Origin: Hyalangium minutum
GTDB taxonomy: Bacteria > Myxococcota > Myxococcia > Myxococcales > Myxococcaceae
Reading direction: 5' to 3'
Assembly: GCF_000737315.1 (NCBI RefSeq)
Contig: NZ_JMCB01000003.1
Location: 186,001-250,000, forward strand
DNA length: 64,000 bases
The position numbers and the translations under genes are program-made. Positions 17,621 to 27,192 of this stretch are shown in pieces (position 1 is the stretch's first letter; each line of letters starts with the position of its first letter). Under the pieces are notes generated by a model, which was not told the origin of the DNA, did no database searches, and was given only the letters and a program-made list of their open reading frames with translations.

Positions 17621-19699
17621 ATGGCTGCTGAAAGACTTCAGAAGTACCTGGCTCGCGCGGGAGTGGCTTCGCGCCGGCACGCAGAAGAGCTCATCACCGC
17701 AGGCCGTGTGCAGGTGAACAACGAGACGGTGACCGAGCTGGGCAGCCGGGTGGAGCCGGGCAAGGACCTGGTGAAGGTGGACGGAAAGCTGGTGTCTCCG
17801 CCGGAGAGCACCTCCTATTACCTGCTGTACAAGCCGGCCGGCGTGGTGACGACGCTGTCGGATCCCCAGGGCCGCCCCACGGTGGCCAGCTACGTGGAGG
17901 ATGCCGGTACGCGCCTGTTCCCCGTGGGCCGCTTGGACTACGACGCCGAGGGAGCGCTGCTCTTCACGGATGACGGCGCGCTGGCGCACAAGCTCACGCA
18001 CCCCAGCTTCCAGGTGCCTCGCACGTACCTGGCCAAGGTGAAGGGCTCGCCGGACTCCGCCACGCTGGGCAAGCTGCGCGGCGGTGTGCGGCTCGAGGAC
18101 GGCATGGCCACGCCGCTCACCGTGGATGTGTTCGAGCAGGCCGAGCGCAACACGTGGCTGAAGATCGTGGTCGCCGAGGGCCGGCCTCACCTCATCAAGC
18201 GCCTGTGCGCGGCGGTGGGGCACCCCGTGGTGCGCCTGTTCCGGCCGAACTACGCGGGCATCGGCGTGTCTGGGCTGCGGCCGGGACAGCTGCGCCCGCT
18301 GTCGAACAACGAGGTGCGTCTGCTCCAGGACGTGGCCGAGGCCCGCATGGCTCCGCCCGAGGGAGAGCTGAACCTGCCTCCGCGCCGGCATGGGCGGTCG
18401 GCTCCGGGCTTCGAGGCGGCGGAGGACAGCGGCGACGACTACGAGGTGGAGACCGAGGAAGAGTCCGCTCGGCCCGAGCCCGTGGTGGTGAAGCTGCCTC
18501 GGAAGGATGCGGATGCCGCGGCTGCGGCGCCCGCGGCGGAGCGGCGCCCGCGGAGCCCCGCGGGCCGCGAGATGAAGGAAGGCGGCACGGGGCTGGCCCG
18601 GTTCGGCCGTTCGCGCACGGGCGCTCCAGGCGCTGGCGGCGATCGTCCCAAGCGCAGGGAGTGGGACACGCGCGGTGATGAAGGCGAGCGTCCCGAGAAG
18701 CGCGAGTGGAAGCCGCGTGGTGAGGGTGCTGGCCGTCCTGAGAAGCGCGAGTGGAAGCCGCGTGGAGAGGGTGCTGGCCGTCCCGAGAAGCGCGAGTGGA
18801 AGCCGCGGGGTGAGGGCGCGGGCCGTCCTGAGAAGCGCGAGTGGAAGCCGCGTGGTGAGGGTGCGGGCCGTCCTGAGAAGCGCGAGTGGAAGCCGCGTGG
18901 AGAGGGTGCGGGCCGTCCTGAGAAGCGCGAGTGGAAGCCGCGGGGTGAGGGTGCTGGTCGTCCCGAGAAGCGCGAGTGGAAGCCGCGCGGCGAGGGTGCT
19001 GAGCGTCCGGAGCGTCGCGAGTGGAAGCCGCGGGGTGAGGGTGCAGGCCGTCCCGAGAAGCGCGAGTGGAAGCCGCGTGGTGAGGGTGCAGGCCGTCCCG
19101 AGAAGCGTGAGTGGAAGCCGCGCGGTGAGGGCGCGGGCCGTCCCGAGAAGCGTGAGTGGAAGCCGCGCGGTGAGGGTGCTGGCCGTCCCGAGAAGCGCGA
19201 GTGGAAGCCGCGCGGTGAGGGTGCTGAGCGTCCGGAGCGTCGCGAGTGGAAGCCGCGCGGTGAGGGCGCTGGCCGTCCCGAGAAGCGCGAGTGGAAGCCG
19301 CGCGGCGAGGGCGCTGGCCGTCCCGAGAAGCGCGAGTGGAAGCCCCGCGGTGACGGTGCTGGCCGTCCCGAGAAGCGCGAGTGGAAGCCCCGCGGCGAGG
19401 GTGGAGATCGCCCGGCTCGCAAGACCTGGAGCCCTCGGGGCGGGCCCATCGGTCCGGCCTCGCGTGGCGCGGGCCGGTTCGGCCGCCCGGGTCGCTCCGG
19501 AGGCGCCGCTGGGGATGCACGGCCCGAGCGCCGGAGCACTCGCTCGGAAGAGGGAGGAGAGGCCGGCGGAGGCTTCGTCGACTGGCGCAAGCGCAAGCAG
19601 AGCGATCGTGCGCCCGGGACTCCCTGGGACTCGCGGCGTCCGGCGCCAGGCGGCGCTCGGGGGCCTCGCAAGCCCGGTGGCCCTCGCAAGCCTCGCTGA
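17621..19699 (+). CDS. rluB: 23S rRNA pseudouridine synthase (RluB/RsuA family) with long repetitive C-terminal tail
   Basis: ERLQKYLARAGVASRR S4 domain; VGRLDYDAEG catalytic motif; follows scpAB as in many bacteria. Confidence 0.85.
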   Translation: MAAERLQKYLARAGVASRRHAEELITAGRVQVNNETVTELGSRVEPGKDLVKVDGKLVSPPESTSYYLLYKPAGVVTTLSDPQGRPTVASYVEDAGTRLFPVGRLDYDAEGALLFTDDGALAHKLTHPSFQVPRTYLAKVKGSPDSATLGKLRGGVRLEDGMATPLTVDVFEQAERNTWLKIVVAEGRPHLIKRLCAAVGHPVVRLFRPNYAGIGVSGLRPGQLRPLSNNEVRLLQDVAEARMAPPEGELNLPPRRHGRSAPGFEAAEDSGDDYEVETEEESARPEPVVVKLPRKDADAAAAAPAAERRPRSPAGREMKEGGTGLARFGRSRTGAPGAGGDRPKRREWDTRGDEGERPEKREWKPRGEGAGRPEKREWKPRGEGAGRPEKREWKPRGEGAGRPEKREWKPRGEGAGRPEKREWKPRGEGAGRPEKREWKPRGEGAGRPEKREWKPRGEGAERPERREWKPRGEGAGRPEKREWKPRGEGAGRPEKREWKPRGEGAGRPEKREWKPRGEGAGRPEKREWKPRGEGAERPERREWKPRGEGAGRPEKREWKPRGEGAGRPEKREWKPRGDGAGRPEKREWKPRGEGGDRPARKTWSPRGGPIGPASRGAGRFGRPGRSGGAAGDARPERRSTRSEEGGEAGGGFVDWRKRKQSDRAPGTPWDSRRPAPGGARGPRKPGGPRKPR
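18686..19405 (+). repeat. In-frame 45-bp tandem repeat x16 (EGAGRPEKREWKPRG)
   Basis: GAGTGGAAG recurs every 45 nt from 18704 to 19379; degenerate units on both sides. Confidence 0.95.
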
Positions 19700-19750
19700 C
19701 GCAGCGCGCAGGGGGCGTGTTCACCTCGGCTGAGTTCTTCCGGCCGGGGC

Positions 19751-19759
19751 TGATATAAC
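19751..19759 (+). promoter_or_regulatory. Possible extended -10 promoter for HEAT/cNMP operon
   Basis: TG-A-TATAAC 35 nt upstream of ATG 19795; no good -35. Confidence 0.3.
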
Positions 19760-19794
19760 CGGTCGTCCATTCAACGTTTCCTTCTCGGAGTGCG

Positions 19795-21921
19795 ATGAGA
19801 ACCGGCGTGCGCCCCCTTGTCGTCGTCCTGTCCCTGGCCCTGTTCTCCGGGTGCCAGGGCAACCGCGATCAACTCCTCGCCGACCTCCAGAGCCCCCGGC
19901 CCGAGGTCCGCGCCCACGCGGTCAAATCGCTGGCCAAGCAGGGCAACGCGGAGGATCTGGTCCTCTTCTCCCGCGCCGCCAAGGACATGGCCTCCATCGT
20001 CCGGGGCGAGGCCGCCGCGGCGCTCGGCGAGAGCCAGGATCCCCGCGTGGTGGATCTGCTCGGCGAGCTGCTCGAGGACGCCGACGAGGATGTCCAGGGC
20101 CGAGCCGCCATGGCACTCGCCAAGGTGAAGAACGACAAGGCCAAGGCGTACCTCACGCTCCAGTATGGCCGCCGGGGCCGGAAGACGCGCCAGATCATCG
20201 TTCAGGCGCTGAAGACCGCCAACGTGCCCGGCGCCATGGCCGAGTCCGTCGCCGCAGAGTCCAAGGCCATCTGGGATCGCAACCTGCTCGCGCTCAACGA
20301 GGGCACGCTCCCGGAGCGCGTGGGCGCCGCCGAGGAGCTGGGCAAGAGTGGCCGCCCCGAGGCCATCAACCGGCTGCTCCCCCTGGTTCGTGACAGCCAG
20401 GTCGTCATGGCCGCCGCCGCCGTTCGCGGCCTGGGCGATGCGGGGGATCGGCGCGCGGTGCCCGCCATTCTCCTGCTGCTCGACGAGAGCTTCCCTGATC
20501 TGCGCGAGGCCTCCATCGGCGCGCTGCGCAAGCTGCAGGATCCTTCCTCGGTACAGAAGCTCCAGGCCGTGGCCGTGGAGAAGAGCGCCGTGAGCGCGCT
20601 GGCCACGGACGCCATCGCCGCCCTGCCGCGCACGCCCGAGACCGAGAAGGCGCTGTGCACCATCGCGATCGAGGGCGCCCGGAAGGAGGCCATCGATGCG
20701 GCCCGCGCCATGCGGACGAAGGGGTGCCCGCTGGAGCCCATCATCGAGAGCCTCTCCCGTAACAGTGGCGTCGAGAGCGGGCTGCAGGCGGTGATCGGCC
20801 TCGGCCCGTCGGCCCAGGGCGCACTGCCCAAGGTGCTGCCGCTGCTCACGTCCTCGGACTCCGTGCAGCGCATGCTGGCGGTGGAGGCCGTGGCCGCCAT
20901 CGGGGATGCCTCCGCTGCTCCGGCGCTCCAGAAGCTCTACGAGCAGGAGCTGAAGGCCATCGAGGGGCCGCGCCAGGACTGGGTGACGGCGGCGCTGCCT
21001 CAGGTCTACGGCTCCGGCTTCGATCCCTCCGCGCCCGCCGCCGAGTCGGAGGACTCGCAGGGCCACAAGGACGGGGCCAAGGGCTCCAAGCAGGTTCAGC
21101 TCTTCGAGCGGGTCCGGGCCCTCAATGCCCAGCGTGCTCGCGAGGCGGGCCGCGTGCTCGTCCAGCCGCGCGTGCCCACGGAGCTCTATGACGATGTGGA
21201 GCCGCTGAGCCTCCAGCCGCTGGCCGCAGTGCTGCGCGCGCTTGGAGCGGTGAAGGCGCCTGGGGCGCTCGAGCTGCTCAAGGGCTATGCGGGCGACCCC
21301 AACGTGACGCTGCGCACCGCGGGCCTGGTCGGGCTGGCCCGGCTGGGACCCGAGGGTGTGGAGGCCGCGAAGGGTGGCATGTACGAGGCCGAGAGGGATC
21401 TCCAGAAGGCGCTGGCTGAGGCGCTCGCGCAGCAGGGCGAGGCCGGGCAGGCCGTGCTGGTGTCCATGCTGCCGCAGTTCGCCAGCGAGAAGCTGGTGCT
21501 GCTCGACGCGCTGAACCAGTTCGGGGCTCCGGCCTCGGCCTCGGAGGCGCTGCAGGCGGTGGTTCGCGAGGGCGGAGCGGAGGCGGTGCTGGCGGCCAGC
21601 GTCCTCGGCAGGTTGAAGGCCAAGGACGCGGTGCCCACGCTCTCCAAGGCGCTGGATGAGCCCGCGAGCGTGGCGCGCCGCGAGGTGCTGCTGGCGCTGG
21701 GCGAGATCGGCGACACCCAGGCTGCCGAGGTGGTGGCCCGGGACCTGTACCACGACCAGCCGGAGGTCCGGTTCGCGGCGGCCTCGGCGCTGCAGAAGAT
21801 CGGCACTCCGGCGCAGGGGGAGGCGCTCGACGCCCTCAAGAGCGACTATTATCGGAGGGTCCGCGATGCGGCCAGCGCGGCGCTGGCGAAGAACGGCACC
21901 GCGGCGGAGGGGGCTCGCTGA
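19795..21921 (+). CDS. HEAT-repeat lipoprotein
   Basis: Lipobox LFSGC (Cys20); many HEAT_2-type repeats (VRGEAAAALGE, VRFAAASALQKIG). Confidence 0.85.
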   Translation: MRTGVRPLVVVLSLALFSGCQGNRDQLLADLQSPRPEVRAHAVKSLAKQGNAEDLVLFSRAAKDMASIVRGEAAAALGESQDPRVVDLLGELLEDADEDVQGRAAMALAKVKNDKAKAYLTLQYGRRGRKTRQIIVQALKTANVPGAMAESVAAESKAIWDRNLLALNEGTLPERVGAAEELGKSGRPEAINRLLPLVRDSQVVMAAAAVRGLGDAGDRRAVPAILLLLDESFPDLREASIGALRKLQDPSSVQKLQAVAVEKSAVSALATDAIAALPRTPETEKALCTIAIEGARKEAIDAARAMRTKGCPLEPIIESLSRNSGVESGLQAVIGLGPSAQGALPKVLPLLTSSDSVQRMLAVEAVAAIGDASAAPALQKLYEQELKAIEGPRQDWVTAALPQVYGSGFDPSAPAAESEDSQGHKDGAKGSKQVQLFERVRALNAQRAREAGRVLVQPRVPTELYDDVEPLSLQPLAAVLRALGAVKAPGALELLKGYAGDPNVTLRTAGLVGLARLGPEGVEAAKGGMYEAERDLQKALAEALAQQGEAGQAVLVSMLPQFASEKLVLLDALNQFGAPASASEALQAVVREGGAEAVLAASVLGRLKAKDAVPTLSKALDEPASVARREVLLALGEIGDTQAAEVVARDLYHDQPEVRFAAASALQKIGTPAQGEALDALKSDYYRRVRDAASAALAKNGTAAEGAR

Positions 21922-21922
21922 T

Positions 21923-24169
21923 ATGGAGATGCGCAAGCTCAGGGACAAGGCCACCGAGGCCTTTGCCAAGGGCCGCTTCTCCAAAGCCGCGGAGTTCTAC
22001 GAGGAGTATTGCAAGGGCGAGCCCAAGGACTACCAGGCCCGCCTGCGCATGGGAGACGCGTGGGCCAAGGCCGGTCAGAAGGACCGCGCTATCTCGGCCT
22101 ACCAGCTGGCTGCCACGGGCTTCGCGCGAGAGGGTTTCCTGCCGCGCGCCATCGCGGCCAGCAAGCTGATCCTGGAGCTGGACCCGGCCCACAAGGGCAT
22201 CCAGCAGATGCTCGCGGACCTGTACGCACGCAAGAGCGCGGGAGGCAACGGGGCGCCGCAGCAGCCCGCGAGGCCCCCGCGCCAGGTAGAGCTGCCCACC
22301 TTCACCGAGCACATGGGCACCTCGATGGGGCCGGCTGTGGCGCCGCTCGAGCTCCCCGAGGAGGACGAGGCCCCGCCCGCTCCTGCTCCCGCGATGGCCT
22401 CCCCTCAGAGGGCCATCATCCCGCCGCCACCGTCGGCTCCGTCTGCGGTGACCGGCTCGGCCGTCGAAGCGCTCCCCGAAGAGGAGGAGGAGATCGCCGT
22501 CGTCCAGGGTGTGCCGCTTACTCCACTGCCGCTGGCTCCGAGTGCCGTGGCGGCCATTGCGGCCCAGTCACAGCCGCCCGCTCCCGCGGCTGGCGGGGGG
22601 GCACCGCTTCCGCCACAGCCCGCGCTTCGTGCGCAGCCGCCCGCTCCGGCTGCTGCGGTACCCGCGCCTCAGGTCCAGCCAACGCCTCCCGCCGCGGCTC
22701 CTGCGCCTCAAGCCGTGGATGCGCCTCGTGCTGCCGAGCTTGTAGGGCCTTCGGTGCCTGCCGCGCCTCCGGGCCTGGCTCTGCGTAGCTCCATGCAGCG
22801 TCCGCCCGTCGCCGCATCCACTCAAGCTTCTCCCTCAAGGCCTGCCGAGACCGCTCCGGTTCCCGTGAGCGCTGTGTCTTCGCCCGACGAGACCGCCCTC
22901 GAGGTGGACGTGGGCATGGGAACAAAGAAGCTCTCCTGGTCTGCCATCAGTGAGCCGCTGATCTCCGCGACGTCCTCGGGGACTGCTTCCGCGAGCGAGA
23001 CTCTGGCTCAGGCGCAGCCTCCACTGCCTTCCACCGCACCGGCTCCTGCCAGCGCCGCACCGCCGGGACTTCGGCCTCGCCGGAGCGGGGAGGGCGGAAC
23101 GGCCGATATGTCCGTGACGCCCGCGCCAGGACGGTCCGCCGTGGTGCCACCCGGCCAGGTGCCCGCGAGCCCCAATGCGTTCACGGAGCTGGAACTGGAA
23201 GAGGACACGCTGCTCCACGCGGTGGAGGAGGCGGCGCTCGCAGGAATGAAGCAGCGCGCCGCGTCCGGCCTCGTGCCTCCGCAGGAGGAAGAGGAAGAGA
23301 TCATCCTCACGGACGAGGTGGAGGAGACGCCTTCTCCGAACGCCCTGCCGACCATCCCGCTCTTCTCGGACCTGCCGCGCGAGGCCTTCATCGATCTGTT
23401 CGAGAGGTGCCCGCTGCGCCACTTCTCGCAGGGGGCGCACGTCTTCGAGCAGGGCAGCCACGGTGACGCCTTCTACGTCATCTGCGAAGGCAGCGTGCGC
23501 GTGTTCCGCTACGAGAACGGGCAGCGCAAGGATCTCGCGGCGCTGACCAGCGGGGCCTTCTTTGGCGAGATGGCGCTCTTGTCGGGGGCGCCGCGCATGG
23601 CCGCGGTGGAGAGCGCGGTCGATGGCACGATGCTGCTGGAGATCTCGGCGCCGGTGCTGGCCGAACTGTCGCGCCAGCACCCGCAGCTGGCGAAGGCGCT
23701 CAAGAAGTTCTGCCGCGAGCGCATGCTGACGAACGTGATGAGCCACTCGGCGCTCTTCGAGCCGTTCAGCCGGAAGGATCGCCGCACGCTGGTGGAGAAG
23801 TTCCGGGCCCGCGAAGTGAAGAAGAACGAGATCATCGTCCGCGAGGGCGAGCGGACGGACGGGCTCTACGTGGTGCTCTCGGGCGAGGTGGAGGCACGCA
23901 AGGGCGATCAGGTGCTCTCGCGGATGAAGGAGGGCGATCTGTTCGGAGAGATCTCCCTGCTCTCGAAGACACCGGCCACGGCGACGGTGATGTCCACGCG
24001 GCACACCTCGCTGCTGCGACTGCCGCGCGAGGACTTCGATGCGCTGATCCTCTCCCACCCGCAGATCCTGGTGCTCATCTCCGAGCTCTCCGAGCAGCGG
24101 CTGCGCCGCACCGAGGCGCTCACGGGCACCCTGGTGTTCGAGCTGCGCGCCGAGGATCTGCTCGTCTAG
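21923..24169 (+). CDS. TPR-like N-terminus, Pro/Ala linker and two cyclic-nucleotide-binding domains
   Basis: Starts 1 nt after HEAT gene stop; FFGEMALLSGAPRMAAV and LFGEISLLSKTPATATV phosphate-binding cassettes. Confidence 0.85.
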   Translation: MEMRKLRDKATEAFAKGRFSKAAEFYEEYCKGEPKDYQARLRMGDAWAKAGQKDRAISAYQLAATGFAREGFLPRAIAASKLILELDPAHKGIQQMLADLYARKSAGGNGAPQQPARPPRQVELPTFTEHMGTSMGPAVAPLELPEEDEAPPAPAPAMASPQRAIIPPPPSAPSAVTGSAVEALPEEEEEIAVVQGVPLTPLPLAPSAVAAIAAQSQPPAPAAGGGAPLPPQPALRAQPPAPAAAVPAPQVQPTPPAAAPAPQAVDAPRAAELVGPSVPAAPPGLALRSSMQRPPVAASTQASPSRPAETAPVPVSAVSSPDETALEVDVGMGTKKLSWSAISEPLISATSSGTASASETLAQAQPPLPSTAPAPASAAPPGLRPRRSGEGGTADMSVTPAPGRSAVVPPGQVPASPNAFTELELEEDTLLHAVEEAALAGMKQRAASGLVPPQEEEEEIILTDEVEETPSPNALPTIPLFSDLPREAFIDLFERCPLRHFSQGAHVFEQGSHGDAFYVICEGSVRVFRYENGQRKDLAALTSGAFFGEMALLSGAPRMAAVESAVDGTMLLEISAPVLAELSRQHPQLAKALKKFCRERMLTNVMSHSALFEPFSRKDRRTLVEKFRAREVKKNEIIVREGERTDGLYVVLSGEVEARKGDQVLSRMKEGDLFGEISLLSKTPATATVMSTRHTSLLRLPREDFDALILSHPQILVLISELSEQRLRRTEALTGTLVFELRAEDLLV

Positions 24170-24900
24170 AAGCGCGGTCCGCCACGCAGCCGGGCGAAAT
24201 ATTCCTCGCGTGAGAGGGCACCTCGGGTCTCCAGCACCTCGAGGAGCGCGCTCAGCGAGCGGGCCTGGTTGGCCACCATCTGCTGCAGATCCGCCACTTG
24301 CTGCGTGAGGACGTCCACGCGCTCCTGAAGCTCCGCCTCCCGATGCGAGGAGGGCCGGGGTGTGGGTGGCGGGGTGAACTCGTATGTGGGCTCGCGGAAC
24401 CCGAACTGCTCAGGGTTGGCCGTCGAGTTAGACGCGCCACCGTAGTAGTACTTCCGGATGGCCCGCTCGATGGCCGACGCGCTGCTCACCACCACCTGGA
24501 TCTTCTGGTTGGTGTGGAAGGCCAGCTCCTGCAGCGCGTCCACGTTCGTCGGATCCGAGCTGGCCAGCGTCAGCGTCTTGTGCGCCACGTCCACGGCGAC
24601 GGGGAAGACGCTGTAGCGCTCGGCCAGATCGATCCGGAAGAGCTGGAGCAGGTGCTCGGGCGGCGTCAGGGTGTCCAGCTCCATCGCGGGGATGTGCAGC
24701 TGGCGGGAGAGGGCGTGGACCATGGAGCTCTCGTCCACGAAGCCCATCTGCACCAGCGTATGGCCCAGCTTGCCGCCCCACTTGCGCTGCTCGGCAAGGG
24801 CTGAGCGAAGCTGGGTCTCGGTCAACAGGCCGGCGTCCATGAGGATCTCGCCGAGCCTCTTCTTTCGACTGGGGGGAGGATTCGACGCGGGAGGGCTCAC
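24166..24900 (-). CDS. Stand-alone MshEN / T2SSE_N domain protein (candidate c-di-GMP receptor)
   Basis: RLGEILMDAGLLTETQLRSALAEQ and KLGHTLVQMGFV motifs, then ASSDPTN T2SSE_N core; no ATPase domain. Confidence 0.85.
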   Translation of the reverse strand: MSPPASNPPPSRKKRLGEILMDAGLLTETQLRSALAEQRKWGGKLGHTLVQMGFVDESSMVHALSRQLHIPAMELDTLTPPEHLLQLFRIDLAERYSVFPVAVDVAHKTLTLASSDPTNVDALQELAFHTNQKIQVVVSSASAIERAIRKYYYGGASNSTANPEQFGFREPTYEFTPPPTPRPSSHREAELQERVDVLTQQVADLQQMVANQARSLSALLEVLETRGALSREEYFARLRGGPRF

Positions 24901-24964
24901 ACCCCGAGGCTAGCAGCCGTTCACCGGGCTGCAACCCCATGGCACGTTGAGGTATGTGTGGGGA

Positions 24965-25804
24965 ATGGCGCGATGCGTGTTCCTGTCTGTTCTGGTGTTG
25001 CTCTCGGGCTGTGCCACTTCGCGGCTGTCCGGTGCGGAGCTCGACCGTGTGGTCCAGCCCGCCTTCATCTCCCGCATTGAAATCGAGGCCGGTCCCAAGA
25101 GCCTCGTCTTCCGCGAGGACGATGCGTACGGCGACAAGCTCAAGAAGCTCGAGCCCAAGGAGGCCGATCGCCGTCTCCAGGCCAAGCTCATGAAGGCGGT
25201 GACGCGCTTCGAGATCTCCGAGCGCCTGCGTGTCGGCACGATCCAGCAGCTCCCGCAGGAGCGGCCGTGGACGAACACGGTGGATCCGGCGCGAGTGGCC
25301 TCGGCCCTGGAGAGCTTCCTGGTGGAGGAGGTGCCGGCGAACGCCCCCGACTACGATCTGTTGCTCCCGCTGGGCGTGGACACGGTGGTGGAGTTCGTCA
25401 TCCAGGACTACGGCATGCGCAGCGACAATGGCCACGCGGGTGCGTACGTGAAGGGCTATGGGCGCATGTTCCGGCTGGCGGGCCGGAGTGAGATGTGGCG
25501 CCGGTCTTTCTCGGTGGATCAGATCGAAGCGGGGGAGCCGCACCTGGATCCCCTCAAGGTGGGCAAGGATCCGGATCTGTTCCGCCAGGCCATCACCTCG
25601 CTGCTGGATGTGGTGGCGGAGCAGTTCGCGAAGGATCTGTCGCCCAAGGACCGCCGGGGGGGGCCGCCGCTGCCAGTGGAAGGGGGCCCGGACATCCACG
25701 CGCCATCGGACAGCACGAACCGTACGGGCCGCGAGAATGAGCCGCCTTCGAGAAGGCCGGAGCCAGAGCTGCCCGCGGGCGAGCTGCCGGATCCTGACCC
25801 GTGA
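24965..25804 (+). CDS. Hypothetical lipoprotein
   Basis: Lipobox LLSGC; strong GC3 bias; Pro-rich tail. Confidence 0.75.
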   Translation: MARCVFLSVLVLLSGCATSRLSGAELDRVVQPAFISRIEIEAGPKSLVFREDDAYGDKLKKLEPKEADRRLQAKLMKAVTRFEISERLRVGTIQQLPQERPWTNTVDPARVASALESFLVEEVPANAPDYDLLLPLGVDTVVEFVIQDYGMRSDNGHAGAYVKGYGRMFRLAGRSEMWRRSFSVDQIEAGEPHLDPLKVGKDPDLFRQAITSLLDVVAEQFAKDLSPKDRRGGPPLPVEGGPDIHAPSDSTNRTGRENEPPSRRPEPELPAGELPDPDP

Positions 25805-27171
25805 GAGCCCTGCTGCTCCTGACGGCGTTGACGCTGGGGGCCTCCGCGAGCGCTCAGCCCAAGGAGGAGCCTGTTCCGGAAGGGGTGTTCGGGCTCGCCG
25901 AGATCCGGGTCTTCGTCAGCAGCCCTCTGTGGTTCGCGTGGAAGCTCCCATCGTCGAAGTTTCTCCTCGGCTACGCCCGAGGCCCCGAGGGAAGAGGCCC
26001 CGAGGCGGGGCAGTTCGTCGTGCTCGATGGCAAGGGAAGGCTCGACGCGAAGCAGACCCAAGCCGTCCAGGAGGCGCTCCAGCAGGCGGATGCCTCGGGG
26101 CGCTGCATGGAGGTGAGCGAGCGGAAGATGCCCCTGTTGATGCCTCTGGGCACCCAGGGCGTCGTGCTCCAGTCGAGCTCCGATCCCCAGGGCTCGTGCC
26201 TGTTCACCTGGAACGCCCGCCGTTCAGCCATCGAGGTCCGGGCCGCTGACAGCGTGACGGCCCTCTGCGGGCCTTCGGGCTGTCCTCCCAAGGCATGTTG
26301 GCTCACCGAGGACTGCTGGCTGCCCGAGGCTCCGGACCTGGACACGGCGCGAAAGGGCTTCCATCCCACTTTGCTGGCGCAGTCCCTCATGGAGGACGTT
26401 CCGGCACCGGGGCGCGCTGTGTTGGCGGCGACCCTGCCGGGCGCGGGGAGGGTCCTCGTATGGGTGCCCTCCTGGCGCAGGGCGGACGCGGCGGATTCCG
26501 AGAAGGGCATGGACTCCCGCCTCTACGTCTTCGACCCCCAGAAGAAGGCCATCGATACGGCCATGACGCGGAAGCTCGTGGCGGCGCTCGGGACCGCGCT
26601 GGACGAGTGCCAGGGGCTCGGCACGGTGGCGGAGCTGCAGCAGAGCGGGAAGGGCGTGGAGATTCGCCAGTTCTATGCACCCGGGACGACGCACCTGAAC
26701 TGCTCCAGCACGGTGAGCTGGAAGGGCGGGAAGTTCAGCGTGGAGGCACACCCCTCGGGAGACAGCAGCCTGAGCTCGCTGGCGCGGGAGCAGGAACCAG
26801 GGGCCAGCGACGACCAGGCGCTCGGGCTGTGGAAGTCCGGCAAGCGCGATCTGGCGCTCGCCATGTGGGAGCAGCTCTACGCGCGGGCGGACTACCAGAG
26901 CCCCGGTTTCGCCGACGTCTGCAACAACCTCGGGTTCGCGTACTGGACGCTGACGGAGTTCAAGAAGGCCGAGGAGGTATTGCTCGACTGCGAGAAGTCC
27001 TTCCCGGCCCGCGCGACGATCCAGCTCAACCTGGGGGACGTCTACCGCGACACCGGTCGCGCCAAGGAGGCGATGGAGCGCTACCAGCACTTCCTCGAGA
27101 TGGAAGGGGGAACGCCCCAGCAGCGCAAGGCCGCCGAGAAGAGCCTCGAGCGGCTCAAGGGGCGTCCCTGA
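25801..27171 (+). CDS. Secreted TPR-repeat protein
   Basis: GTGA overlap with previous gene; signal peptide; C-terminal TPRs (CNNLGFAYW, QLNLGDVYRDTG..KEAMERYQHFL). Confidence 0.75.
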   Translation: MRALLLLTALTLGASASAQPKEEPVPEGVFGLAEIRVFVSSPLWFAWKLPSSKFLLGYARGPEGRGPEAGQFVVLDGKGRLDAKQTQAVQEALQQADASGRCMEVSERKMPLLMPLGTQGVVLQSSSDPQGSCLFTWNARRSAIEVRAADSVTALCGPSGCPPKACWLTEDCWLPEAPDLDTARKGFHPTLLAQSLMEDVPAPGRAVLAATLPGAGRVLVWVPSWRRADAADSEKGMDSRLYVFDPQKKAIDTAMTRKLVAALGTALDECQGLGTVAELQQSGKGVEIRQFYAPGTTHLNCSSTVSWKGGKFSVEAHPSGDSSLSSLAREQEPGASDDQALGLWKSGKRDLALAMWEQLYARADYQSPGFADVCNNLGFAYWTLTEFKKAEEVLLDCEKSFPARATIQLNLGDVYRDTGRAKEAMERYQHFLEMEGGTPQQRKAAEKSLERLKGRP

Positions 27172-27192
27172 GCCGCGCTTGTACCCGCCGGG

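Noticed and set aside
18686-19405. 45-bp repeat array as a CRISPR or ncRNA array
   Set aside because: Units are contiguous with no unique spacers, vary mostly at synonymous positions and lie in frame in rluB; no cas genes
18195-19862. Long alternative-frame and antisense ORFs over the repeat
   Set aside because: By-products of a stop-free tandem repeat
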